64,000 bases of DNA from Amphiscolops sp. MND2022 (GCA_964187785.1 OZ076409.1:93870001-93934000); one strand, 5' to 3'. Shown: positions 35,392-49,989, counted from the first letter of the stretch. Translations and numbers: made by a program. Notes: generated by a model from the sequence alone, not told the origin.

Positions 35392-35700
35392 TTAGAGTTC
35401 GACAGTAGCATTGTTAATGTGTTCTCCCAAGTTCATTTGTTTATCGAAATGTATGATCAAGTGTTTGTAACTTTCACAGGAGGAAATTTCAAGGTCCCCA
35501 AAAACTACGTTTGGACGTTTTACTAAAATCTTCTCAAAAACGACAAACTTCATTTTCTTGTACTTACAATACATGCAATTTTCTAGTCCTCCACTTTTGA
35601 AACAAACTTTATTCTCGGATTTACAGACTAGGTTCTCGATCATAACTGCATCATCAGGGTGCTTTATTATTTCACCCTGCCGATTTTCATTGTGAACCCA
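35392..35700 (-). pseudogene. Decayed CR1/L2 reverse transcriptase fragment
   Basis: HPDDAV (ADD), KMKFVVF, YKHLIIHFDKQMNLGEHI (cf. YKYLG..D..L.F..HI). Confidence 0.6.
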
Positions 35701-35710
35701 GGTCATTAAC

Positions 35711-36074
35711 AACAAGCCTGGACCGCCCCAAGTCGGCGCCATATTTAAGGCTCAAAAATAGCAAAAGGACTTCAAACTGTCAAAGTATTGGTGAATTTGG
35801 AACGTTTTATGATTTTTTTAAAAAGTCTCACAATGCCAAAACAAATCTAAAGGGGGACATTTTTGGTCTCGTCCGGTATTGTATGTTACGCGGGAAACCT
35901 TTTTGGTTCAGTTCCTTGGGCCAACAGGTACAATTTGGCGTCTTCTCAAAATTTTGTAGAACATTTTTTTGGTCACTATTTTGGTCACTTCAGGTGTATC
36001 GAAAGAAATTCTTAAAACACTGATGAAAAGCCATGACTATAGTCGACTCTTTTCTCTAGAAAAGCGCCGACTAA
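35711..36074 (-). mobile_element. HINE/DINE-like copy
   Basis: Same termini as the other copies. Confidence 0.75.
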
Positions 36075-37985
36075 AAACAAGATTATTAGAAATGTTTTAT
36101 TCAAGAATAAAATAGTAGTACCCGGGCTGGTATGGGAGACACATGATCCCATGAGATTATTTATTTGAATTGTGCTCTTTCGAAGAAAGTAAAACAATTC
36201 CATGAATGCAAAAAAAATTTTCCTAAAAAACACAACCTTTTTGCTCAATATACCTAGTTTGTTTAAACTTGACTCATTTGTCGAATTTTTTTGACAAAAC
36301 TCCTGCATGCGGCATGGGAAACTTTCAACCATTTTACATATAGAATGCATCGTAAAGTAAAAGGGAATTGCGAAAGAAAAGTGTGCTTTCATTAAGCAAA
36401 TTTTCCGCAAATTTTGCTATTCTTAACATGCATGGCCATCAATTAAGCGTACATGTTCATGAATGGTGAACTATCAAATCTTACTGCTGGGGGCGGAAGG
36501 ACGATGAAAAGATTGTTTGACAACGTGTCACGTTTGTCTGGGCCAGCAAATTGAATGAATCCCCAAAATTTAGAGTAACCTGATGAAATTTTATATGCAT
36601 TCAAGTCGAAAAAAATGAATAAATACCCACAGTCTGTAGCAGAGATTTGTTTCAAAAAACATGCAAATTGCATGTCAAAGCATGTCAGAATTTTACTTGA
36701 TAATTATGCATAGTGCATAAGTTGTCACTTTCGTCAATTGGCACATTTTCAAAATTGGTTGGTTTCCGTTCGAAACTTTGAAAGAGATTAGTTCTAATTT
36801 CTCCTATTGTTTGTGGAGATAGAAACTGATAGAAATATTGGATTCAGTAAAATGCACAAAGATTGCTTGTGTGTTAGTTGTTGAGATGGTCCATGTATTC
36901 CGGTTGGCACCTAAATATTTTTAAAACAGAAAAGTTGAATTCCAAAACAAAAGAAACACGGCAAAAGAACAAAAAACACTATCGAACAGGAATTTTTAAT
37001 TATTTAAAATTAAAGGAAGGTTTCCTATATGAAGAAAAAAATCATCTCAGCCGGCAAATTTCAAAACTACTTTTAACACTCTTTTCTCTATACTCACGGG
37101 TTGGAAATTTTTCAACAGAAAAAATCAACGTTGAATAAATTAAGTTAGTACTCTGGAGATATATCTGAGTTAAAATGAAAAGCTTGACTTTTTTCAAGAA
37201 AATGAGAATCAGTAAGTTTCAAATATATACTCTCCATGTTATACACAGCATTTATATTTGGAAGAAAGTACTTTTTGTCATCTTCATTTTCCACTTTTCT
37301 TGAGTCTATTCTTACTAAAACAGAAACATATCCAAGAGTTTTTAAACAAGGAGGGAACGGCTAAGGGCTGCGCCGCACTCAAGGCTCAATAGTGGTGAAG
37401 TGTGTTTTGAATATGCAAAGGACAACTTTTATGAAAATTTTTATCCCCGGGATTGCTCACCAGGTTGATCATACTCTGATCATATTTGGCGCCATACAAG
37501 ACATAAATTTTTCTATGATCTTACCATATTCAATCTGGAATCATATATGATTCAGATTATGGTCAACGTAGAACAATAAACTTCTATGGGAGTCACAAAC
37601 CATGAATGGTCCAGTCTGGTTTCATGGCCCAGAGAATAGACACCCAGAGAATAGGAATCGAAAATCGAAAAAAAGGAATTGGGTTTCTTAGTAAAAGCCG
37701 TTTCTTAATAGGCGTTGAGACATTTTTTCAATCGTGGCTGTTACTTCCATGAAATTTCCAGTTTAATGAAATGATGCTGATCAAAATACGAGCCATGTAT
37801 GGAAACAGGTTAATGATAGACTGAACCATATATAGTGTAGAGTATGGTCAGCCTGGAACCATTTGGATCAATGGAATCACTGGAATCAACCTTTCTTTAT
37901 TATAACAAGGTATGATCAACTTGTTTTAGTACCGGTCAAACCCAGGTCAATCTCACAGTGCACAAAATGAATGAAAAGGTATCCT

Positions 37986-40049
37986 TGTTGTATCTCTTAT
38001 TGGTAGTAACAAGCTGGGACCGGCCCAAGTCGGCGCCATATCCAAGGCTCAGAAATAGCAAAAAGACTTCCAAGTGTCAAGTATTCTTTTACAGTAGTCG
38101 AAAATCAAAAATTTTTCGAAAATTTTTTTTGAAAAAATTACATACTAAAAAATTGAACCGAGTGGCGCGCCGGGGCTCGCTAGCGCGAGCCCCTGGCGCG
38201 CTAACGTCTCACAATGCCGAAAAAAACTGAAAGGAGGAACCCTTCGGGATTTTCCAACATCCATTCTGTCGCAAAACATCAAAAAATGCAGGGGGGATCC
38301 TTTGAGGAAAAACAATTCCGAAAAAAAATTCCGAAAAAAATTCCGAAAAAAAATGTCTCGCAGTGCCGAAAAAAAATTGAAAGGGGGGACTCTTTGGTCT
38401 CGCCCGGTATGGTATGTTACGCGGAAAAACAGGTAAAACTATTTTGGTCCAGTTAGCTAGGCCAAATGGTGCAATTTGACACCATAATATTTTGTAGAAC
38501 TTTCAAGAACTATTTTGGTCAGTTCGTGTGGATAGAAAAGAAAAGAGTCACTATAATAGTCGCGTTTCACTTCATGAAGCGCCGACTAAAAAAAAGATGA
38601 TAACAAAACTGTTTTCATTGATTCATCGAACCTTTCTTCCAGCAACTGAGTACGTTACATTAAGTATAAATGAAGATGTAGCAGGTACTCTAGACAACTG
38701 GGGTTATGTAGCAACTAAGTAGTTAGCTGAAGTGGAATGAGTTCAGTATTTAGAGTTCATTCTATAATTCCACTTCATTCCTCCTCGATTGTCTAGTGGT
38801 TGGCGAACAAAGGGACTCTTCTGGTCTTTATGGCGGTCTTCCGTTTATTATCGTGTTAGTTCATCACGGTGTTCCATTGGTCCATTTTGGCTTCCCGGAC
38901 GTCGTCGCCAGATGGTTGGTTACTGGGTTCTTTCCGGTTGCCGGACAGTCATGTTGTTTGGACCAAATTGGTGCATCACATCTGATCCAGTCTAATTCTC
39001 CTGTTTTTGGATGGCGTTTTTCCTGTTCTTTTGTGTATTTCAGTTTTTTGCACATGTCAGAAATTTATTTCCTCTTCCGTCACTAGAGAGTGATTTAAAC
39101 TTGTCATAAATGTACTAAAAAAGTGCATCAGTTTTTGACTCGACCGGTTTTCAAATTCGTAGTTGCCGGTTGAATTTTTTTGAGTGAAAGAATTTTTGAA
39201 GCAAGTATTTCAGTTGATGTGATACCTTCGAACTCGCAGTTCTTTTCCATTTCTAGTATACGATTCTATACGTCCACTGCTGAATCCCTGATTTCTCTTT
39301 TCAGGTGAAAAAAGTCCGCTCTGTTATATGGGACCTTTCTTTCCGGTGTAAAATGTAAACGGAATAGGCATAAATTCTGTATAATGATGAAGTGCTAGGT
39401 TCTTTCTCTCTGGCCGTTTCAGTCGTTTCCGTTATAGTATTTTGTCCAATGGCCCAGAGAAATATGTCCTTGATATGTTTTTAATTAGTCACGGTATTGT
39501 GGCAGTATTTCGCAGTATTTCTTGCAAAGTTGTCCTCGTTGGTAAATCGAAATATTTCGTCATTTCAACGTATTTGGTGAATTTCCTCCATCACGTGTTT
39601 GCATTCGGGTTATCGTGTTTTTCTAGACATGTGATAGTAGGTTTCTGTGTGCAGGTTCGGTCTCCCGTTCACGTCATTGTTTCATTCAGAGCAATCGTCT
39701 GCTGGATGTTTGTCCAGTCATCCGGGTGGATTGTTCTTCATTCTGTGGTGGAGTTCTGTGGCTGTCTCCAATTCCTGGTTTTGTATCTTCCGTTGAATGG
39801 ACATGGGTACTTTGTAGCTAACCGAAGGTAGCCTAACACTGCGCCATGCTGCATCTTTTATTGTTAACAAAAGAATATGATAACAAAATTGTTTTCATCG
39901 AGCTTTTCTAACAGCAAATGAGTACGTTACTTCATGTATAAACGAAAGTTTAGCAGGTAGTCTAGACAATTAGGTCTTAGTAGGAGCTAAGTAATTAGCT
40001 AAAGTGTGTTGAGTTCAGTATTTACAGTTCATTCTCTAAATCCACTTTA
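37986..40049 (-). mobile_element. Small non-autonomous LTR element (gag remnant only), 5-bp TSD ATCCT
   Basis: Diverged ~200-bp LTRs at 37986-38777 (split by a HINE) and 39847-40049; PBS-like TGGCGCAGT (minus, from 39846); PPT GAGGAGGAA (minus, 38778-38786); gag-like peptides WRKFTKYVEM, IFLWAIGQ, RADFF, EKNCEFE. Confidence 0.8.
38008..38589 (-). mobile_element. HINE/DINE-like copy inserted in an LTR
   Basis: Same termini; interrupts LTR homology. Confidence 0.8.
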
Positions 40050-41051
40050 ATCCTTGAAACTCGAAAACATTTTTTCCCTGACTAGAAACATGAAAAACTT
40101 GAAATTTGGGTAAGTTTTGGAATCAAAAATGCACAGTCCCAAAACAACTCTAAAAGGGTACCCTGCGGCCTCGTTTACTTTTGGCAAATATTAATAAAAA
40201 ATGTTCTTCGGAGATTCGAACTCATGTACCTTTGCTTCACAGCCGTACTCATATAATACGTGGAAACGGAACAAACGAAGTTTGGTTGTAAAAGTTTTTG
40301 TGGAAGCACGGCCCTCTTGATAAGATCTCACAATGGTAATTTGTCTTCCATAACGAGGCAAATCTTACGCAAAGGTTTCCCAAAACTTTGACAAACCCTT
40401 GACATGATGTCCATAAAATATCTATCCACTTCAACGATCTATCAAAACTGTCTTATTAACTGGTTTACTTGGGTAACTCAATTTGACTTGACTGTTTGTT
40501 TTTGAAAATCGTCCTTGATGCAATTGGTACGCTTCAAATTTCTGTTTTTCCACAGTTGTTGAAACGTCTAACTGAACAGGCTTTAGTTTTGTAGTTGGGC
40601 AAGGAGGAAAAAAATCAAAACGTTTATTGTTGACTGAACGGAAAGAGACGGTGATTGACTTCTTCGACTAGGTTTATGGCTTCGTGAATGAAATGCGAGC
40701 TACCACACTTTTTCAAGAAGTGTGAGCTAGAACAAATTGTTTCATTTGGAAAAAAACTTGTTGAAAATTTTAAATTTCTTGAAAATTAGAAGGTCTTGAA
40801 GCTCGTTGTGAATTTAGAAACAGAAACTGCAAACAGAATTTGTAGAACGACAAAAGCTACTCTAATTTGTCAACATAATACCTGCTCGCCTTCTTTTCGG
40901 TTCGGATTTGAAACTTTAAAAAACCATCAATACTGCAGTTTTTGTAACAAGCGCGTTGGCTATGCATTGATGAACGGTTTATATAAAAACAGTACGTATT
41001 ATTTTCGATGGGAGTAATATAACTCAAGTTATATTGGAGTTTGGTACTTAC

Positions 41052-41154
41052 TGGGGCATTCTGGGGTCAATAACGGGTCAGATGGTAGTTCCCCTTCACC
41101 TGCCATCATGTTTTCCTCTTTATCTTCTGGGGGGTCGTTGGTACTAATAACCAT
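41052..41154 (-). CDS. Candidate first coding exon of an unidentified host gene
   Basis: ATG...MVISTNDPPEDKEENMMAGEGELPSDPLLTPECP then donor A|GTAAGT; upstream acceptor TTCTTAG| at 41217. Confidence 0.35.
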
Positions 41155-41693
41155 CTTTTAATAATTGATGACTTGGTAAATGAATAATAAAAACCAACTC
41201 GAATCCCCTGAATCAGCTAAGAACGCAATAAAAAAATCTGGTGGAATTGATATAACATGTTCTCGATTGTATAAACACTTCGTGGAAATATACCAATATT
41301 TGTTTAATGGTTTTAGTAACTTGGAAGACTTGAAAGACAAAAACAAGTGATTTTTGGGCCACTTGAGCAAAGGCGACGCTTCGAGCAAAAATTGTAATTT
41401 TCAGAAAAAACAGGAAAAAATGATTTTTTTTTCAAATTTTTCTAATTTTCAACCAATCTAGTATACCATGTTTCACTTCAAACAAGAGCATGTATTAGTT
41501 GAACGTCTAACCGATCAGTCGCTTGATAATCTTTAAACCGGTTTAAAAGTTTTTTCGCTAATGTCGGATCGAAATCCACAGACTACGGTGGATGCCCTCA
41601 TTATTGAAAAGTATGAAATGAGTTTTCCATAATTCCTAACCCGAATTAAAAAGTATATAGAAATAAAATCTATAGAAATCTATGAAATGAATA

Positions 41694-41962
41694 CGAATGA
41701 GGTCCAATTGTGAGAGCATAAACACAACTCAGACTATTTCTATCAACCAAATGGGCTCTAATGGTTTTTTGAACAGAATGGTTCAACAAAATTTTTCAAA
41801 AGTAGTTAGCAAACAGTATGGTAACTAGTATTTGTACTGCTTGCTGACAACTTTTGAAAAATTTGGTTGAACCATTTTGTTTTGAAAACCCACGGAACCC
41901 ATTTTGGTTTTGATAGAATTAGTTTGAGTTATGTTTATGCTATCACAATTGGACCTCATTTG
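41694..41962. mobile_element. Palindromic MITE with TA flanks
   Basis: TA|CGAATGAGGTCCAATTGTG...CACAATTGGACCTCATTTG|TA, arms ~125 bp. Confidence 0.85.
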
Positions 41963-42137
41963 TAATCGTTTTCCTGGGCTATTGAAAATCTTATTGGTTA
42001 ACCGACAAACATGTTGTTTTTAACGAGTAATCGCTATAGCCAAAATCCTAATTGGTCTAGATTTTACTAGAAGGGAAAATTAACAGCCAACTAACCTAAA
42101 TGAAACTGCTGAAACTGATCGAACTTTTAACATGTTC

Positions 42138-42672
42138 TTAGTCGGCGCTTTTTCGAAGAAAAACGCAGACTATAGTAGTGACTTTTTAAAGACCAACTAA
42201 CTGACAGATTTTATAAGCTTTATAAGCTGACTTGCACTAACACTAAGCTGTGCCACACAACTTATACTGGCACTTGGCATAGAGGTTACAGCTTTTTTGA
42301 GGTTTGCCAAGCAGAAGGAAGTAGGTTCGAGTCCCGCCCTTGACCAAATTTTTCTGTGCATGTTTTTTTCGACTTTGTGAGACTTTTTTTTGTATATTTT
42401 TTTAATGTCTTCAAAGGGTCCCCTTCATTTTTTTCTATTTTGCAAAAAAATTGATGTTCAAAAACTCCCAAAGGGCCCTCTTTTACATTTTTCGGCAATA
42501 TGCGACTTACCGGAGACCACAAAAATTCTTTAAAAAAATTCAAAAAAATCGGATTTTTTTCACTTTTTTTCCTCACGCGGGTACTATAGAAGAGAATACT
42601 TGACACTTTGAAGTCCTTTTGCTATTTTTGAGCCTTAGATATCGCGCCGTCTTGGGCCGTTCCCGGTTTGTT
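42138..42672 (+). mobile_element. HINE/DINE-like copy with internal tRNA-like fragment
   Basis: TTAGTCGGCGC start, ...GGGCCGTTCCCGGTTTGTT end; GGTTCGAGTCCC inside. Confidence 0.75.
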
Positions 42673-45600
42673 GTAGTTTGGCAAGCACATTTACCGTAAT
42701 TTCATAAAATTCTCCTGGAAACTTCCATACATTAAAATTTCCTTGCTTTTTGTAAGTTTTATCGAAATGCTGGAAAATGCATACCAAATTTTGCAACATT
42801 TCGAAGCCGTGAAGCTCTTCAGACTTTAATGTGCAGTAGTTTTTTTTCAATGCAGCTGAGACCCCATCAGTTGTACCGCCATTTAACTGCAAAGCAAATT
42901 TGATCACTTTATAAACTGCATACGAGCGCCATCTTCAGCGTGTTATCTGACATGGAACGAGTCGTTGAAAAACAATAGTTTGAAAACTGTGATCGAGTCG
43001 ACAATGAAGTGGAAGCATTTTGGTTGAAAATTTGGGGCTGTATTATAAACCTACAAATTCGTATTATAACGATGGAAACTCCCGTGTTTTGTAAAAACTA
43101 GCCGTGCATACTTGAAAGCAGCTTAAATAATCCCAGCAGAATAAATTAGGGTTACATTTCGATCAATCGAGAACAAACTTTACCATTTACCATGTACGAA
43201 GTTTTACTCTAATTGTGAAGCAACTCCGAACGATGTGGGAAGTATATAGGACCCATAAATGACGCAAATTGCATTTCTTGAGAGGTTCATAAGAACTTTG
43301 GATACATCTTGAAAAAGATGCTTCGACAAAAACAATTAAAGCAAAAACAATTTTTGTAAGGATATATATACATTTCTGTGATTATTTTCTGCATCTAACA
43401 TACTTTCCGGCCCGTCTCCGTCAACAACTAAGATCATAGACACGTATAAACGTTGCTTCGGAAAGTCAAAAGTTGTTTCAAAGTTTTGTCAAGAAATGCT
43501 ATTTGCCTGAACTAAGGACTCGATTGGTATTACGAAGTAACAGTGAGGCCAATAATTAAAACACTTATAACTGAAAGGCAGATAATATAACAAAGTATAA
43601 GGGAACTAGATGGTATCTTTTTGAATATAATTTGCTACCAACAAGTCATGTGAAAATGTATATGGTTGTAGGGGGTGGTAGTTCTATACAAACAATTGGG
43701 ATTTCGGGACGAGCGCCAATTCGTGACTATACCTCGAACTCAAATATATTCAGCGTCTCATTAGTTAGCAACCATTACCAACTAATTCCAATTAGTACCA
43801 AATAAGCTAACATACTTTGAGAAAATTCCCTTTTCTCTTGCTGTTGAAAACTGTCGGAATTATTGAAAACTGCAGCTTCGAGTCGCCTGAAAATGGATGA
43901 AAAATTCCAGAAAAAAAGGTAACAAGCAAAAAATTGTTTGACTTTATTGGGTTCAATTTTCACGTTGTTGTAAGAGCAAGAAAATTACAGATTAACGGGT
44001 ATTTATTATAGATAGCAGCTCTTGCTATAAACGATTCTAAACGGCGGTGTTTAATATAAAAATAAATGGCTGTTAATTTGGTCGCGGCGAGGCTTAAGCA
44101 ACGGATAGAGCATAGGTTTGTGAATTGGAAAGTAAACAAGAAAACGCAACGTTTCCCCACATTTTTTGCATTTTCCCGCGTTTATTTGCATTCATTTTCC
44201 CACAATTTACCATCATGCGAATGTACGAAAAAGGGTAACGAAACGAGAAACGTAGAAGTGAATTATTGTTTCCTGTTTTGACAAAATACAATGTTTTTGA
44301 GGGAAAATAGGCATCGTTAGAAACCTTGAAAATTCTCAGAAATCTTGGTACACATGACGTGTAACAGCAGTCGGTTTTTTACGAGCTTCAAGTTTCAAAA
44401 ACGAAACGTCGGTGGATTTTTTAGCTGTTTCTTGTAAAATAGTTTAAAAAAAGTAACCCAAGCTAGGTAATATTAATAAGGAGCAGCTAACAATCAGGAA
44501 AAGCAAATAAAAATGATACCGTTGCCATGAATAAAAAGGTTCTTATTTATAAGTGTAGTATATAAGCCGTGAAGTGACTTATATATAATCTTTTATAACC
44601 AATCAGTTATGATCACGGCTATCATTTAATACGCCTCTGTAGCTGTTTGTGCTTAACGTAATTCTAAATAAGGATCCGAATGAACTTCTTTTTCACCGGG
44701 AGAGTAAAGGCACTAGCTGTGAGTTACAAACAAACAAGAATAGTATATTGAAAAATGTAAATAAATTGGGAGGAAATCAGACGTCTACTTGTAGAAAATG
44801 CCGTGTTATTTTTCAATTTCAATTCTCACTTCGCAATGGCCCATTTTGCAGCTTGTTTTTGCAGTGGCGTCTTGCGTGTCATTCAAACGGCGTTATCAGG
44901 GCTCGAAACAAGGTGAAAAAAAACAAGTAAAAATAAGGAATAAAAGAAAAAATGAAAAGAGAATTGTTGAGAGAAAAAGACGAATTTGCAACTAGAAATC
45001 ATCTAACTGCGCGATGGCGGTGGCGGAATTTCTGTTTTTCTGTCAGGCCTTCAATTGAATTATCTCAGTCTTGGTAAGTTACCATCAAATGAACGCTGCG
45101 GCAGGTTTTGCGTGCTATTGTTCTACTTAACAGATGGATTGATTTGCCTTATATGCCTTATATGTCGTAAAAAAAAAAGAACCAAGTCAAGCTACTGTAT
45201 TCTATAGACTACCCCCCCCCCGAGATAAAAAAAAAGAATTGGGTGCATTTCCTGTATCAGTGGTGAAGTGACAACCACAAAAAGACCCCTAACTCTCACC
45301 AAAATAGGGGTGACACTTTTTCGGAGGGCTCTCACAAAGACAGCGGAAAGACACGGATACGGGTATTGTCATGCCCGGGTAAAATTACCACAGTTGTAAA
45401 GGGTAATAAATTTCAAATTTCGTCCTCGGTGGGAATTGTTGTAGAATACAAAAAGAATGAGAAATGTAAGACAACTCTGGAGCCTGAGGTTACCTAAAAT
45501 TGGGCAACAGTTGAAGAGTAAATCGCAGGGGAAGTCATTCATGGTTCACGGATCGATGAATTTTGTAAAACATCGATGAATTATGTAAAACATCGCTGCG

Positions 45601-46889
45601 TATGTAAAATACGCCATCACACGTCGTCATAGGGCTGATTTACGCCATATTAGGGGTGAAAAAAGTCAAAGGTGTTAAAATCACCGATTGATGGCTTTTT
45701 CCGGTGCCGTAAAAAAGTTCATCAACTATATCAAGCGATAAAGACACTACCTGAAGCTATTTGTAACAATAAAAGAACACATTTCGTTTTATAAAACAGC
45801 GTCCGCTATCTTTGTTGTTTTTAATTGAATTCCACGCCACAAATTGGTTCGAAAATGCGTGTTTTTCAGACTACAAGCGGTTTGTTTACTGAATTAGATG
45901 CACCGAAAAAGACAAGGAAGATTTTGTTGTGTTCATAAAAGCATGCAGGTAACTTTGTTTGTTGAGCATGAGATTTGAAAGTAGCAATTAAGAAGACTTT
46001 TCTGTCGAGAGCACTGGAGTCGTGAAAATGAGAAATAGCTTAACACTCAGCCAAATTTGTTGCTTGTTAGAATTTGCTATTGCCTCAACGTGGCTCTTTA
46101 GGTTAAATGATTTTCTCTCTGAAGGAGAATTACGTGCCTACTTTTGAGCCAAATAGGTAGTTTTTTCATTGGTATGGAAATCAAAGTAAAATGGTTTTGT
46201 ATGGCGCCGAAAAAAAACAATGCTCCAACAGATATTGGTTGCTCAGAACAATTTGGTCCCAACAGAACGAAACAGGAAGCAGAAAACAACCCCTGGAACT
46301 AACTGCAAATAATGATGTACTGGATTTTCGCGCCATTGGTTTGGAAAATGCATCAAGAAAAAGGGCAGTTTTTCCTAGCGATTATGAAGTAAATGGGATA
46401 AAATGATTAGCAGTTAGGAAAATACCAACACAAAATTGCAGAATTGTATAGTTCCGGTAACGGTAAGCTGATTGACTTAATTTTTTTAAATCATCATCAT
46501 CGTTGCAGAAATAACCTCTACCTCTCCACGCACAAAAAACTTTAAACTTCTTTTCACTTTAAAAGTCTCCCCTTGAAAAGCCTGCGTGCTTATGGTAGAT
46601 CTTTTGGGAAGATATGTCAGCTTTGTGAAGGTAATCACAATAACTGTTTTTAAATGTATTCGATTCCTGATAAAAAAATTATCTTCCGATTCTTCGTCAA
46701 ACAAGTCAACACAAAACACGAACGTCTTCATTAGGAAAAGTTAGCAAAGCTGAAGTCCATTTGCGAAAAAACTACTGTGAGCATTTTCAGTTTCACGTCG
46801 TAATGAAGAGTGTTTTGTAGTTTTCTCTGCAGAAAAAGTAGAAATTTTTTGTAATTTGATATTATTTGCTTGTTTCGAGCTACAAATCT

Positions 46890-48845
46890 ACAGCTTTCGA
46901 TGAACTGCACGAAACGACCGTGATATGGCACCCGAAGGATACAAGCAACGATTCGACGGCTCGTCAAAGAAATGGGGGCTGATGTTCAATGATGACAAAA
47001 TCATCGTCCTGAATGAACTCAGAAAAAAACTTCTGGACACACTCTGCACTACGGACAGGCCGGAACAACGCACATGGAAGAAGAAGCTAAAAATTTCGGA
47101 TGGCCCAATATCAGACAAGATATCGAGGAAAGAGTGAACAAATGTGTGGCCTGCCTAGCATCCGGTAAGAAATTGAAATACCAGATAACGAAAAATAAAA
47201 GCGGAATATTAGAACCACTGACACAACCGGGAAAAGAAATCCAGGTTGATGTTTCCGGGGAAACTACCTACAAAACAATTGAACGGGAAAAAACAAATAT
47301 TAGTAGCAGTCAATAGATTTAGTAAACGGCCGCCGTAAAAATTCGCAAAACCTCCGAGACCAAAGAAAATATAAATTTTTAAAAGCAAAATTTTAATCTT
47401 TACGATTACCAGAAATAATTCAATCGGGTAAAGGTGGAACATTTATTTCTGAAGAATACACCGAATTTTGCTAATCGAAAAAATTGAAATAGAATTCTGC
47501 ACGAGAGTACATACAAGTACGGGAGTAGTTGAACGCGTGATGCAAACAATAAAGAACTTAATAATGGCCAATTCGGAAGATAATTCATGCCTGACCGATT
47601 GTGTTATCAGAGCGTTAAAAGTAATACGATTTACAAAACACAAGGGAGTGAAATTAACACCATTCGCGCTTCGCCACGGCAGGAACCGAGAACCGAATTG
47701 ACCAGTCCCATTAAAGACGGAAAATCATATCTCTCTGATTGGTCCGAATTATTTCTTGCAGCAGAAAAGAAGCCAAAGATCCCGATCTACGTTTCCAGAG
47801 AAAAAAAGGTAGACGTTTCCAATTATGTCGTAATTATGTGGCAAAAACCGAGGCCGAAGAAAAAGCGGCAAAACAGATACCGAGAACGAAATCTTCTGTT
47901 AGTGAGTATCCCTCTAAATTTGTTGAAGAAAACCATAACAAGAAATCACTTGAAGGGAGATTCCAAACGGAATTATAAACCGCAATAAGCGGAACGGAAG
48001 CATTCCTTAACGATGGAAGACGGAAAATTGAGTCACCGAAAAAATATTTTGGGACCAATTGTAATTCAGAATGAAAAAAACGAAAAAACGGGCCCTGCAA
48101 ATCTCTGCCGAGATAACACCGAAAAACAGACATTGCTTACGCGGAGTAGACAGGAAGCACATTCAGTGGAATGAGATCTTGAGAGATATCCTTAATGGAA
48201 AACTGAAAATCATTCAAAACCGAACGAGACAATCAGATACCGAATCAGAGAGTCAATACGGTGAGATCGGTGATTAAGATGAGCGCGATTCCGAAGTGGA
48301 AAACTCTGACACGTCCAAAAGAGTCGGATATAAACCAATAACAACCATTCCCGAGGACAAACTGAAGCTGCATACCGACGGCGAAATGCATACAGGTGGG
48401 AATAAAAACAAAAAACTAATCACCGAAAATACTTTCACAAGATAGTCAAATCGCGAGAGTAGACAACCGAGTAGATACGGAGGGGTACATAATACGAAAA
48501 CCTTCTGGACATAATTATGGGCTTCAAAACTTTTTCAGGAATCATCGGGAGATAGGAAACCTACCGAAAACGACGGATTTCGATAGAGAGTAAAGCCCAA
48601 TACCGGGTTCATAAAAATGTAGAGGAAAGCATCCCCAGGAGGGGGGATTGTTATACGGTGTAATACCGATACCGAATCATTCGGTTCATGGACTGTCAAA
48701 CTGTCAATCAACCTGATTTGCAATTGTGGAATAGTGATTCTATTTATGTTGGTACATATTTATATACATAAAAACAAAATGTACATTAGATTAGTTTGAT
48801 AGAGAATCATTGGCCTTTGGTTGAATCATTGGTTTTTTTTCCACA
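46890..48845 (+). mobile_element. Decayed Gypsy 3' fragment: integrase pseudogene, PPT and probable LTR (48649-~48845)
   Basis: KWGLMFNDDKII, WPNIRQDIEERVNKCVAC, EIQVDVSG, TGVVERVMQTIK; GGAGGGGGGAT|TGTTATA. Confidence 0.8.
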
Positions 48846-49989
48846 GAAGTCAGTTGATACCAAATTGAAGACTTTATAGATACCTCATCGTTTTATCGTA
48901 CCCTCAAAATAGAACACTATGCTCTACCTAATAACCATCTATTAAGCCTAAAAAATGAACCGTTCAAACACGTTATCTGACCTGGAAAAAAACTACTGCA
49001 ATAGTCGGATATATTCTGCACAGGAAGCAAAATAGAGCACCATTTCCATATTATTAATTACAATTATATTCCGTTTCAGAAACAACTTTAGCTGTGTTTT
49101 TCCGATGCGTTTTTTGGACGAGTCAAGATCATTCTCACAACAAAGTCCAAACTGTTGAATCTTGATTTGGCTATGTTTTGAATGCTGAACTGAGTTTCAC
49201 GAATAGAACTTTTCCCGTGCGTTTGAGATGTTGCTGAATGTTTTGTTTTTCATGATTTAGATTTTTTTTCAAAATAACCTCATCAAAATTCAAGTGAGCT
49301 TCAAAAACTTGATTTGTTCCTGGCAACTCAAGATAAGAAACAAGCCGGGAATGGCCCAAATCAGCGCCTCGCTCAAAGCATAAAAGTGTACCCGTGACAA
49401 GGTTTTAGAATCACTTGATGAATAAAGATTTTTCGAAGCTCCAAAAACGTCTTATAGTCATGAAAACTTGACCCTAAAGCGTAACAATGGACGCAAATTC
49501 TGATAAATGTTTGGTGGGAAATTCAATGAAGTTATACGAGAAATGAAAACGTTAAATTCGAACTTCGAAAACGTTACATCCGAAAATGTTTTATCCAAAT
49601 TTAAGTACGTGTTAGATGTTATATGAGAAACGTTTTACTTAGCTTTCTACAGCTTTAAAAATTTCTCCAAGAAACGTTATATCCGGTATACGTTATACCC
49701 GGAATTCGTTATGCGTTATGCTATTTTCAAAGGGGACTCCTTAGCCTTTTTTACATCTCAACTGAAGTATAGGACATTGCCAACTGCTTATAAAGCTTAT
49801 AAAATCTGTCACTTCGTCGGTTTTTCAAAAAGTCACTACTATAGTCGTCTCTTTCTACGAAAACGCCGATTAAAGAGACAGTGCAACTAAAGCATGTAGG
49901 TGAAAAACTTGAAAAATCTACGGGAAGAATGTATATTATGAAGTATGTTACCAGCGAGGTTAGTCTAACAGTAATACAGAGTAGTCGTG

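Noticed and set aside
32441..35700. DIRS-type retroelement (YR plus the RT fragment at 35392-35700)
   Set aside because: The RT fragment is LINE-like and far more decayed; there is no DIRS-type RT/RH or terminal repeat structure
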